Assembly: GCF_001194135.2 (NCBI RefSeq)
Contig: NC_068993.1
Span: 63,600,492-63,664,491 of the forward strand
Direction of reading: 5' to 3'
From: Octopus bimaculoides
Taxonomy: Eukaryota
Length of the DNA stretch: 64,000 nt
Positions 27,249 to 40,460 of the stretch are shown here, one piece after another. Positions within the stretch are counted from its first letter, which is position 1, and each line of letters begins with the position of its first letter. Under the pieces are notes generated by a model that saw only the letters and a list, made by a program, of their open reading frames with translations, was not told the DNA's origin and ran no database searches. The position numbers and the translations under genes are program-made.

Positions 27249-27552
27249 AACACATACATATACAGGCGCGCAGTATAATCAACCTGCATATTGTTATAAT
27301 CACTTAATATCGGCAAGTTTTCACCGTTTAGTGTTCACCATAAACAGCTTCCAATGTACATTAAATCCGTTGAACTGATTTGCCGTTATTTCCACCACCT
27401 TTTTTGATTGGATTTGAACTCTAATCGAACAGAACGGCAGCAAATGTCGCATATATTGAATGAAGCATCCATAATTTGGATCTTTATTCAACTGCAACAA
27501 CTACAACACATCGCTCTTTATCGGTCGACTATAATAATACTAATAATAGTAA

Positions 27553-27762
27553 TGGTTTCAAATTTTGGCAGAAGGTCATTGATTTCGTGGGTAGGAGTAA
27601 GTCGGTTACATCGACCCCAGTGTTCAACTGGTATTCACTTTATCGACCCCGAAAGGATGAAAGGTAAAGTCGACCTGGGCGGAATTTGAACTCACAACAT
27701 AAAGACGGACGAAATGCCGATAAGTATTTCGCCCGGTGCCCTAAAGATTTTGTCAGCGAATC
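27553..27762 (-). mobile_element. SINE family A copy (CpG-retaining)
   Basis: Near full-length copy: ...TTATCGACCCCGAAAGGATGAAAGGTAAAGTCGACC...GAATTTGAACTC...GACGGACGAAATGCCG. A partial sister copy lies at about 28195-28318. Confidence 0.82.
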
Positions 27763-28316
27763 TTGTGGAAACAATTGAGGACCATTTATAATTTTAAAAG
27801 GAGATAAATTGAAGTGAAATAGGAAGTTGCGGCGTTTATGCCTTCCCCACTGACATTGGTGTGGCTTAAATGAAATGAAGTGCTTTCAGCTGATCGGACT
27901 ATTAACGCCTGCTCACATGTTTGTGATTTCTTAGTGAGTAAGGAAAATAGTCCCTAATTAAACTGATCCACTTTATTTTGTCGGTGAATAGCAAAATTGA
28001 TATTGGCGGGATTTAAAATTGACCTGTATTCTCTTTCTGCGATTTACTACCTTAAATAATTTCTAACTTGGGGCCACATATTTAGAGAAAAGACGCTTTA
28101 GATTTACTATACAACCGGAATTTTTCGGGAATATGAGCTTTGATTATGAATAATTTCAGTCAACATCCACAGTCCTAGGTTTCAATTTTTAATACAAGGT
28201 CCACTATTTCGTGGCAGGGGATAAACCGATTAAACCAATCCCAATGCTCGACTGGTACTTATTTTATCGATCCCGAAAGAATGAAAGACAAATTCGACCT
28301 CAGCGGAATCGCCGCC

Positions 28317-28348
<32 letters not shown>

Positions 28349-31105
28349 TCTAACGTAGACATAACACCATATATTTTGGATGAAAGTAATCAGTTTTACA
28401 TTATCCATTGTGATTTGAAAGAAATTTAGCGGTGTCCTCGTAGATGTTCCCTTGGTTCTTTTTCTTTTCTTCTTTCCTCCATCCTTCACACAGTTTCCCA
28501 GAACCGAAACGACTGACCTCTGCCATCAATACTTTTCGGTACTCCCGATCCGATGCAGGAGCTCTACGTGGTTACACGACATTTTAGAAATAGCTGCCAA
28601 GTCTCTCAAATTATATCCTTACCATCTTACCCCCACCGCCAAATACCGCTGTACACGTTTCATGTTTGAGACCATTGTTTTATATTGGTCAAAGGTTTCA
28701 CATCTGTTGTGGGGTGGGATTCAAAGAAGTCGATCAAATCTTCCCTAGTGTATAATCAATACTTATTTGTTATCGACCCTTTAATAGATGAAAGGCTGCG
28801 TTTTCTGGTGCAGATTTCGAATCTCTAATGTTGAAGATACGAGTCAAAATAATTCCATAATACGGCCTTCTATTCTATAGTGATAACAATAAAGGAGCTT
28901 GTACCTAGCTACTCCAACTGCTAGAAATAACAGTTAAATCGACATCTAGCTGGCCCTCTGTTTTGGAGAGAGAGAGAGAGAGAGAGAGACCCAGCGGTCA
29001 TCAGTGGAAAGCCTTTGATCTGTCTGGTGATGAATGGCCTGATCTGTTTAGCTTCAAATCAGTTCTGATCTAGCAGATCCATGGTTAGAGGCGTTCCTTC
29101 CATGACATCCATGTAAGGCTACATTTTCATTTGTACCATTTCCTTAGGACGTTAGGGCTTCATTTGAAGGCATCTGACTGCTGTTTCTAACAGTTTAAAT
29201 GACCACTCAGAGGCTCCTTATGATTTCTCAGAGACACAAAGTAAAGGGGATGTTGCTTAAGAAAATGAATTGGATCTGGGCATGGATTGAAACTGGATTG
29301 CTGACACAGTTCACTGAAACCTAATATAGAGGATAGGAAATGGGGGTGGGGGTGGAGGATGAGGTGGAATGTCTGAAGTAAAACAGACATGACTGGGTTT
29401 TGAAACTGGTTCACTGAAGACTCTGTCGCCACTGTACATCTGCTAGCGACCAATTTTTGCTTTTAATCTATTTCCTGTTCAGTTGTAACTTGTTTCCACA
29501 GTAACACCTTTTTTCTTTTTCCCATAATTGTTTCCCAGCAGTGTTCTTGGTTGTCTCTTATGTAACTTTTCAATAATGTTGATTAGCCTCAGAGCAGCCT
29601 TCACTAATCACAACTGTTTTCCATTTGTGATCAGGAGCCAGTTGGGGTGGGGAGGCTGGCATCGACCATGTTCAGATGGTGCTTTTTATGTGCCACCGCT
29701 ATGGGGAGCCAGCCAGGCAGCACAGGCAATGACACACACATGAATGGTGCTTACTGCGTGCCACCAGCATGAGAGCCAGTCAGGCAGCACTGGCATTGGC
29801 CACAACTACATTTTCCATTTGATTGTGATTTGACTTCTGTTTTGATCTATCTATCTATCTATCTCATAAATGGTTGCAACTGGAACACTTTTGATTATAG
29901 GCCTGCTCTGTCAGGCTACTATGGATGCTAGCGTAGGCCAGAGAGTTCGACCGAGAAAAGATTAGCCAGAGGCCGCTGCCAGTTTCTGCGTCTGCTTTGG
30001 CATGGTTTCTACTGCTTGACGCCCTTCCTAATGCCAGCCACTTGACAGAGTGGACTGGGTGCTTTTTTACATGGCACCAGCACTGAGGATTTTCAGGGAA
30101 TGCTGGGGTTGGAGGAATCGGCGGAATGGTTGGGCGAATAGAGTGAGGTGGTATGGGCATGTGTTGAGGAGGGATGAAGAGCATGTTCTGAGGAGGGTGA
30201 TTGCATTTAAGGTAAATGGAGCATGAAAGCGAGGTAGACCGGGGAAAAGGTGGAGGGGACAGGTGGAGGAGGAGATTGGGAGGGTTGGTTTGAAAAAGGA
30301 GGACGCCCAAAACTGAGCAAGTTGGCGATCCAGCCACCCCTGTTAACGGGGACAAAACCTGAATTTAAAATACTGGATGATGATGATGATGATGATGACC
30401 AGCACTGGTGAAGTTGCCATGTACCTGCAAGATAAGACCCCTCAACTAAGCGGAGTATAGACTGGAGGAATAAGAAACTATGATGGAGGGAGAGGAGCAG
30501 GTGTCTTGCTGACGAGGTAAACACATGGTTTGCCCACCTGAGACATGGGAGGTCCAGTTACAACATGAATGTGAGACAGGATGGGAAGTGTAGTGAGTGA
30601 AGATAGTGTGACAGATGACTAGAGACAGGGAATGAGTAGAGCACAGAAGATATGAGTTCAGTGTTGTTGGGGATGGGGTGAAGAAAATAGATGTGTCGCA
30701 CTGAGTTACTTTCGGTTTAGCTCGGACATTGCTCCTGCCACATGTCTAATCTGAAGTCTGAAGCAGCTTATTTTGCAGAATAATCTTACCGTAATGTTGG
30801 TTATACATCTTATTGTGTTATAAGTTGAAACTGCTTTCAGTCACCATTGCTATACAAGACAGATTATAAAGACATATATTGTAATAATGTCAATAACAGA
30901 CCAGAGCCTAATTCACAGGTCAGAATCATAGATTGAACCAGGGACTACTTTTAAGCCTTCAGTCAAACAGGTTCCACTCGGCTACTCTGGCTGTGAATGA
31001 CTTCATAATTTGTACACGCATACAGCTAATTGTCATTTGTGTGTGTGCGTTCACCAATAATGTTCATGTGTGTGTGAGTGATGCACATACCAGTAGTGTA
31101 AGAGG

Positions 31106-31136
<31 letters not shown>

Positions 31137-31363
31137 AAGAGTATGCGTGTTTGAATCATTCTCTTTCTATTGCACTCACACTTTTACCATCTCCTTTCCA
31201 CAGTGATTTATTACACCACAGGAATCTATTGTTAGTGCTTTAATTTAATAGCTAGGTAAATGGTAGAGAGATGCTGAATCTTCACAGCAATGACTTGCTC
31301 TAAGATGCATGCATTAAAGCATCAGATTAAAGAGAGAGAGAAAGGGGGACAGAGAGAAAGTGA

Positions 31364-31398
<35 letters not shown>

Positions 31399-32595
31399 TC
31401 AAACAAGTGCTTCTAGCATATGCACACAAACATAAACACACTTGCACACACATGAAGGCTAATGGTGTGTGCACATATATGCATACCACCTACTTTCTCT
31501 TACACACCTGCTTGTGTGTGTGTCTGTGCATATGCCAGTGGTATTTGTTTGAATCTCTTTTGCACTCTCATACGTTTCCCTTCCTCTTCTCACAATGTGA
31601 TAGATTTTTTTTTACACCACAGGAATCTGTCGTTAGCAATTTAATGTAATAGATAATGGTATACAGCTGTTTGTCTTGAAAAAATAAAAGGCAATTGCTG
31701 TGACTGCAGTCCTATAAATTTAAAGTTTATTTTCAAAACATTTGCTGTGGGTTTCTCAAAGGAAAACAATCTACTTCTAGCAAGTTTTGCTTTATTGCCA
31801 TTGACTTGTTTTATTCTGTACAACTATATTAAAAGATTTTACACCATTCTGCAATCGACAATGTTTTACTTGGCATCTATTTTTAAAAAAAAGACAGTCA
31901 GATAACATATTTTCTTTCAGCAAATCCCAATTTATAATGGTCTTTTGATCACTTCCCACTGTTTATCTCTTCATCAATATGTAGTCTAGACACTTCACGC
32001 CAGACATGCACAGAACAGTGAACTTGACAACACTCAAAGCATAACCTTATTGCCGTTGAAAATCTCTTGATGCCGTCACTACAAAGAAACAACCTTGCCA
32101 CACATTTGTTGATGTAATGCGAATGACATACAACTAAAACTTTCAGAGGTGGTACACTTGATAACCCCCCNNNNNNNNNNNNNNNNNNNNNNNNNNNNNN
32201 NNNNNNNNNNNNNNNNNNNNNNNNNNNNNNNNNNNNNNNNNNNNNNNNNNNNNNNNNNNNNNNNNNNNNNNNNNNNNNNNNNAATCTCATCTGGTTATGT
32301 CTTCTAATGACCTCACGTCACTATATAACACTGCAGAAACCGTACCTTCAAGTCTAAGCCTTTTGTCACTGGTCTGGGAAATGTTGGAACCATCGGCTGC
32401 TGACAAAGGCCCCAGCGTGTGTTGTATTGCACACCTGGGACTGTGCTATCGCAAACCCACACAAAAACACACTACAAACATTAGCTCATTGATAAGCTGT
32501 CTCTCTTCTCTTTATCTTGTCTCTTGTTGCTATAACAACCCCTGCTTCCATCTGATGTTCCTGCTTCTCTTTTTCCTTAACACACATCCTTTATC

Positions 32596-32946
32596 TTTTA
32601 CTTGTGTTTCAGTCATTAGGCTGGGGCCATGCTGGGGCACCACCTTGAAGAATTTTTAATTGAAGGAATCAACCCCAGCACTTAGAAATAATTCTACCAG
32701 TCTCCTTTGCTGAACTGCTAAGTTATGGGACATAGACACATCAATACTGGTTGTCAAGCAGTGGTGGGGGACATACATACACATGCATATATGATGGGCT
32801 TCTTTCAGTTTCTATCTACCAAATCCACTCACAAGACTTTGGTCAGCATGAGGCTATTGTAGAAGACACTTGTCCAGGGTGCCATGCAGTGGGACTGATC
32901 TTGTAATCGTGGTGGGGCAGCAAACTTCTTCTCACACAGCCACACC
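32596..32946 (-). mobile_element. tRNA-headed SINE, family B
   Basis: Reverse complement of head GGCTGTGTG...CAGTCCCACTGCATGGCACC, middle GTGAGTGGATTTGGTAGA...GAAACTGAAAGAAGCC and tail CCCCAGCATGGCC...AATGACTGAAAC. Confidence 0.8.
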
Positions 32947-35900
32947 TGTGCCTATTCACACAGACATACCTGTGCCTATTCACACAGACACACCTCTGCC
33001 TATATTGTATTTTTCAAAAGTAAGGTGTTAAACTCCAGGTGTAAATCTCATTCTAATTATATTGTTCAGAGTGTAATTGCTTTTCAAAGACAGAAGGCTT
33101 TCTGATTTTGGAGAGGTTTACCTATTTCTAGCTGGTCACTAACAATGGCTTGACAGTCAGGAGTTCCCATGTGGCTCCTAGAATTCTCTTGACAATTGAA
33201 ATCGGGAGGAGTTGAGTCATTAACCGCATACAGAATGTAGGTATCAGATTTTTACTGCTATACATTCGTGAACTGAATAGACATAGCTGATCTCTTTAAT
33301 CTGCTCTAGTTTTTGTTGTCTAGAATTCTCTCAAACTGAACAAAGGAATGTGTAATTCAACAAATTGTTTCTTTAATTTCATTTCTTTCCAATGTCTCTA
33401 AGTTTATTGATAATCTATTTAACAGATTACTTTTCTTTTCCATAATCCACTTGAAGAATCAGAATCTCTATAGCTTTTACTTATATCATTTGTGATGTTG
33501 CCATGTGTAACATATGTTTTCCCCCAACAGGGCTTCATACATTAAACACTTTAATAGCTTCTCATCAATTGTGTCAGCAAATAAATTCTTTTTTATGAAG
33601 ACCACTAAAATATCTCATAATTACCCAATGCACACACTCTTTCTCATACTTTTTCCACATATACATCGCTATCACACACACACAACTCATTTAATAACTG
33701 TGGGTTGGGCATATTAAAACTGTTCACAATTAGACTTGCCTGGAATCCAAAAGTTAGTTAGAATTTCTTGTTTGCATTGTTGTTTAACAAGTCTAACACC
33801 AAACCTTGATTGTGCAGACTCTCTTTGAAGGCATTCGGCCTGTGGCCATCCGGGTTTTATTCCGTAGTATCTAAGCCAGCTCTGTTTAATGTGTTTTTCC
33901 GAAGCTGGCACTGTGTGATATGAGGAAGATTTGGTTTCTATTTCCAGAAGGTTTAAGTAACTGCATCCGTCTTTCTTGTTGGTTTGATTTTGTATGTTAA
34001 TCTACCTGCTTTCTGATCGTTAATGCCTGTAAGAATAATGAGATGCAGTCACAGCTTGCAATAACATGACTTTTTCAGAGTCATGTTATTGCAAGTTTCT
34101 TTTTTTTTTTCTTTATCAAGCTGCTGGATAATCTCTCTGTAGCTTACAATATTGCCTTGCATGAGAGTTTTTCTTTGAAGTAATAAATGACTTCCATAAG
34201 CCAATCTTGTCCATACAATTAAACAAGCCATAGGTAATTCTATTCCTTGAAAAATCTCTTTTCATTCTTCTCAACCAAAGTGTCTCTGTTTTTATTTATT
34301 TATTAAAATGCTATGTATGAGTGGCAGAGTGGAGAAGTGAATTAAACAGCAAGAGCGCTGGCTTGGCGTTTATTGCGAATGTTCCATTGTTATATTAGGA
34401 TAGGATGTTAAATTCTACATTACTATGATTCATTTATTTTTTACTGCACACTTTCCAAGCCGCTGTGCTTGTGCCATGTATAAAGCACTGGTTCACCTTG
34501 CAAAGTGGTTGGCAATTGGGAAGGGCATTTAGCAGCAGACACCAAACCAAAACAGACAATCAGAACTTAGTGCAATTCTCTGGCTTGTCAGTTCCTATCA
34601 AACTGTCCAACCCATGCCAGCATGGAAAACATGTTAAAGGATGATGATGATGATGATGACTACTTGTATACCATCAAGTGAGAGATTTGGTTGACCTCTG
34701 TATAATGTTAGTTATGAAGAAATTAGCACCGAGTTTGCTTTGGGCTAGCAATGTCTCCGGGAGGAATCTGTCTCTGATGTTAGCATTATAGAAATGGGAG
34801 TTAAATATCACCATTCTAGGCTAACCGTGATTCTAAAATTAATTTAATAATTATTAAAAAATTATGGTGGTGGAGTAGGTGCAGGAAATAGTAGACTGGA
34901 TTTACTTTACACTAATTCCATTTCACATTTCTTGAGTTCAAATTCTGTTAAGATTGGTTACTGACCAAACATTTCCCCCACTGATATCAGTAAGACTACA
35001 TTAACAATGTGTACTCCCTTTTTTTTTTAAGATTTAAAGGTGTTATTTGAAGGATTGGCTGCTATTTCTGGTAGAACTAATAACCATTTAGGGACTCCTG
35101 TACTGACTTAGATATTAAGTTGACCATTCATTTTCCCAGAGAAAATATGCCTTTAACCAGGATGAATTCTTTGAATTAGATTATCTTGTCATGGATATCA
35201 GATGGGATGGTGTGTAGCTAAGCAACAACACTATCAGCAAAGCATCATTAACTGAAGTAATGAGTTAATGTGTGTTTTCGTTAATGAATTGAGCTGAGGT
35301 GACACGAGAATAATTTGGAGAAGAGCAGATTTTGTCAGTCGAACTTTATGGAGATATCTTGACATGTTGACCTTTTTGACTTCTGGTTTGAATAGTTCCA
35401 GCTGAAACTAGGTTTTTCTCCAAATGCACTGTCTCTACTGTCCTCGGTTTATCTTTGAAAGACTTTGAAGCTGCTTAGAATTCCTGAATCTCTCACCTTT
35501 CTTCTAACGACATTAATCAATTAATTTCCAAGTTTAGAATTATAAATTTGAACTGATAACAACTTTAGTGAGTCATGTTATGTAAGTAGGGGGTCCCTGT
35601 AAACACAGTGACTTATAGAAAATCTATTTAACCTTGATAGATTATATAGTGTCTACTGTGTTAAAAAGAAGACAGGCATTTTTACAAGATTCAAAAAGAA
35701 CAAAACTGTTGTTATTTAAAATTCTGTAAAAAATATCTGAATTTTTTTTTGTAGAAAAAAAAAAAAATGTTCTTGATAAGTGTTTTTTTATTATTATGGA
35801 ATTGGTAGACCAATAGACTTTCATATCAGGGTCAAATTGAGTTTTAATTCTGTAAACCTCTCTTATTTTGTACATTTTACTAACATTGGTTTATCGACTA

Positions 35901-37419
35901 ACAGCTTCTCTTCTTACTACAATATCGATGCTTCAATGTTAAGACATATTACCATTTCCTCAACCTGCCTAACTGAATAAGAGAATTTCCTTCAATCATT
36001 TCCTTGGAGAATGATTAAATGAAAAAGTGCATCCAACTATAAAAACACTTTCTTAAAAGATTACATGCAACTATTACAATTTGCAGAAACCAATTCCTGT
36101 TCGCATGTAAGAACAGGTGTAAAACTGACAAGAAAGAAAAGAAAAGAAAAGAAAACAAATCAAAAAAAACAAAACAAAACAGACTGCATACTAAAAATTA
36201 AAACACCTATGTTACCTTGCTTCTACTTTTTCTCCAGAGTTAAATTGAGGAAGAGAGGAAATAGATTATCCCAAATTCCCGTTGTTTAGTATCTCTTTAG
36301 TGAGACACATTATTTTCTTGAGTTTTTACCTGGCTAGAAAATATTTATCATTTCCTTTTTATAGTTTGTGCTAACATTGTACATGGTTTTTCAAGTGTAG
36401 AATTACCTCCTATGCAGAAATCACTGAATAAGAACACAGTTACCAGAAAAATAAAATACAAAAAGCTTTGAGGAATTTAGGACACCCTTGCTTTTGGTAA
36501 TTTTATATAATGGCCTAGTTGTAGCTGCCTAAAAATCAATGACTGAATTACCAGGAGTTCAAAATAGGATCTGAAATCAAAGGATTGGGAAGAAATATGA
36601 CAAAGATTAAATTTCTGGTGGCTGGAGGTTATATTCTCTTGTGACTAGCTGCAGGAACCTGATGATGATAATAATAGTAATATTTTTTCTCCTTCAGAAT
36701 AAAAATTATTCCATTATTTCTATAGATTTTTTTCTCCCCATTCTTCAAACTATTGGTTTCCAATGTCTAATACTTCAGTTATTTTAAAAGCGAGAAGATT
36801 CAGGATATAATCTTGTCATACAGGAAATGTAAAACTGCAGAACCATTTGTTGGGTGTTAATATATGTATAAATGAAAAAATGGTAATTGCTAGATGTTAA
36901 ACATTAAGCATTACATAAATTAATTTATTTCATATTATTATACTCCATAAACTGTTTAACCTAGATGCTTTAATGCAAATCACATGAGAAATTAGCAGGT
37001 CTGACGTGATATAGAACTCTGAATGGCACCTGCCGTATATGTGGAGGTTTTCTTTTTTCTTTTTAATATAATCTCTTAACAGGAAGCGTGCATGTAAAAC
37101 AAATTATTTCATTCTGATATAAAAGTTAGGTAAATATTTTGTTTGTTGTTGTGTTGTTATATTCAGTTTGTATGTTTATTACAACTAGGCATGTGATAAT
37201 TATCACCGATAAAAGGAATTTATTGTGTAAATGTCGTTTAGATTATCTTTCACCAAATAGAAATTAAATTTTGAAATGATATTTTCTTGTTGCTTTGAAA
37301 TATTTAATGTTTTTGCTTGTTTTAGTTCTTCAATATGACTTGGAATAAGTTTGGAATAAGTTTGGAAATGCCAACAGAATGGAAAGATGTCAATGTATGC
37401 AGCTTTATTAAAACTAGTT

Positions 37420-37471
<52 letters not shown>

Positions 37472-37820
37472 TACAGATATCTATGTATAGAGACATAATG
37501 CAAGAATTATATGGGAAAAATAAAGCATTAGGACGAATAGATGAAAATATTTTCAATTATTTCTCAAGGATATGCTAGAACATTTCAATGTAGAAACAAG
37601 AACAAAAAAAACCTTCAATATACGTAGCTGAGTTTCTTTTTTCTTTTTTATATTCATTTCAAGCAGATTACTTAGTCTGTCATTTCTCAGATGTTTTTGC
37701 TATTTGCATTCAGCTAAGAAAAAGATTGTTTTGTCACTTTAAAGAACACACATATCAAGAAAGTATGGCTAATGATGGAGTGAACTATCAATTTTGAACA
37801 AGTCTCTCTCTCTCTTTCTC

Positions 37821-37947
<127 letters not shown>

Positions 37948-38157
37948 GTCCTCCTCATGAAGTAATTTCATTGATTGGATTGGATCTTCTGGGTTTCAAC
38001 TGCATGGACTTCTGAATCTTTACACTCCTCTCTATTGGGTTACTATGTGGACTGTTAGGTGAGTCTGTAAGAGATGTCTGTGATGGCCAGTCAATTCTCT
38101 GAATCCATATCTTAAACTACAAATTTTACACACATATATATGTATATATATATATAT

Positions 38158-38336
38158 CATCATCATCATCATCATCGTTTAACGTCCGCTTTCCATGCTA
38201 GCATGGGTTGGACAATTTGACTGAGGACTGGTGAAACCAGATGGCTACACCAGGCTCCAATCTGATTTGGCAGAGTTTCTACAGCTGGATGCCCTTCCTA
38301 ATGCCAACCATTCCGTGAGTGTAGGGGGTGCTTTTA
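38158..38336 (-). mobile_element. RTE-family 3' tail copy
   Basis: Same tail as 18300-18480 with roughly 10 differences; tail abuts (TA)n. Confidence 0.8.
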
Positions 38337-39799
38337 CCCAAATCTTTCCAGTTGGGATCATCTTGTCTTTTTTCTTCCGGGCTTGGTGTATCCCAGATTC
38401 TTATATTAACCGATGCCTCCAATGATTTTTGTTTTTTAGGCCCGTACAGTGTGACTGAGCATACTGCTTTCCTTGTAGGTGAGGTAATCTCACACAGACT
38501 CCTTTATTTGCTCATTCAAGTCAACTCTGTTGTGTAATTTCCCCCGACCGTCTTTCTATGGTCTTGGAATGCTACTGTTTATAGTACAGCGCTAGAATAC
38601 AGTTTTAAATGCAAGTCATAGAAATTAATTATTGAAGTGCAGTGAAAGCAGCATCATCTTCATGTCGTCCTCTGCCAAATTACTGGATGGGAAAATAAAT
38701 AGATTGGTTTTTTTTTTTTTTGTATTTCATAATATCAATTATTAATTTGCCATAAAACATCCCCACTTGTGTCTCTTGTGTAGAATAGTTAGATGAATTA
38801 TTAATGAAGATGGATATGTACATTTGTGTTGAGGCTGTTGAGATTTCCAGCTCTCAGGAGAAAATCTTTTTTTTTTTTTGTGTGTGTGTGTGGCTTTTGC
38901 TATTGTTTTGGTATCCTGCTTTTGATGCTCTACTTTCATAAATAACAAGCTTTGATAACATGCTTATCCACTGTCATCCATAAACTGACATTGATTTACA
39001 ACCCAAGGCTAGCCTGAACCATCAATACAACTCAGTGAGAAGAGAAACCACTTGGTGTGCAGATCAAACAAACTGGAACATTGTCAGAAAAGGAACTTGA
39101 CCTGCGTGTGTGTGTGTGTGTGTATGGGAGAGAGAGAGAGAGAAGTGGGTGGATTTAATGTGTTGAAATGAAAACTGAACTGGGGGAGGGGGGGCAGTTG
39201 TGAAAAAAATGATATTACGAATAAGGAGTTTTTTTTTAAAGAAAAGCAATAATTGAAATATTTTGTATAAAGGGCCATGCTGGGGCAGCACCTTGAAAGA
39301 TTTCATCAAATAAATCAAACCCGGTAGTTATTTTAAGTTTGGTATTCTATTGATAACTTTTGCTGTACTGCTAGGTTATGGGAATGTAAACAAACCAACA
39401 CTGGTTGTCAAATGGTGATGACACATGCACGCACACATTCATACTTGCACTTGCGTCTGTACGTACATGGATGTTTGCCCGTATACACGCATGCTTGCCT
39501 CTAAATATGAATGTATGTACATGCACATAGATGCGTTTTTAACATTTGCAGTTTGACTGGGTCCCTTCCTCTGGAAATGAATTGAGAAAAAAAAGAAACG
39601 TCTGTATGGTGCAGCCTGTGTGGAGGTGAAGGGGGAGGAAGAGAGAGGGTGTGTGTGTGTGCAGTGAAGAAGAGGAAAGTGAGAGTAAGAGACTCTGTAG
39701 GAAGCCAACAAATAACACTCCACTCTCCACTCACACTCCACTCTCCACTCACACTCACCACACTCGGATCTCAAATCATGCCTCTCAAAAGAGTTAGAG

Positions 39800-40460
39800 T
39801 AAGCTATCATGAAATGCTGTTCAAGAGCTTCTTTGTAACTGTTACCTTGTCTGCTTGAATAGTTTCCTGGCAAACTAAAAGCAGTCTTTGAAGAAGCAAT
39901 NNNNNNNNNNNNNNNNNNNNNNNNNNNNNNNCTCCTGGCTCTTGCAGACCTTCTCTAGCCCTTAAATCTCAAAATTCTGCTGCAGCTTTCATCAGTTCTT
40001 TGAGATTGCTTCTCTTCCTCCATTCGTTATCCTTCTCTCATCAGCACCTCCATTCCCGAGGAGGTATTTTCATCTTTGGTGTTTTTATTCCATAGACATC
40101 TTTACAGGTTGCATAGGAATGCTGTCTCCACACATGGAACTAGTTTTGTGGTCTTTTCATCTAATCTCTTCCATTCTTCTTTTGCACTTGCACATGACAT
40201 GTTGAACTTCTGGCAACAAAAGCACCAAAAGCCTTTTGCAAATTTTGCACCTGAGTCAACAACATGCCTGTTCTTGGCATTGTGCTGTGGCTCCTGGTTC
40301 TCGTTTTCCCAATATCTTGAATACTGATACAGTGCACTGCTGCTCATTCATTCAGGCCTTCATTCATCCTCTGCACCTTCTTTCCACTTCCAGAAGAGAA
40401 TTTCATTGTGCAAATGAATGGGAATTCCATTTGCGTTTTTAGTCCAGTGTACATATCTGG
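39800..40460 (-). mobile_element. Remnant of an R2-superfamily (HERO-like) non-LTR element, N-terminal region
   Basis: Broken frames SAKEEWKRLDE..., EWRKRSNLKELMK...DLRAR and FARKLFKQ...EQHF...YSN resemble the pre-RT region of RLE-type LINEs as I recall it. No RT seen; interrupted by a gap. Confidence 0.4.

Noticed and set aside
31949-32170. Cys-rich minus ORF resembling a piggyBac C-terminus
   Set aside because: Cys spacing is unconvincing and the upstream part is hidden by a gap.
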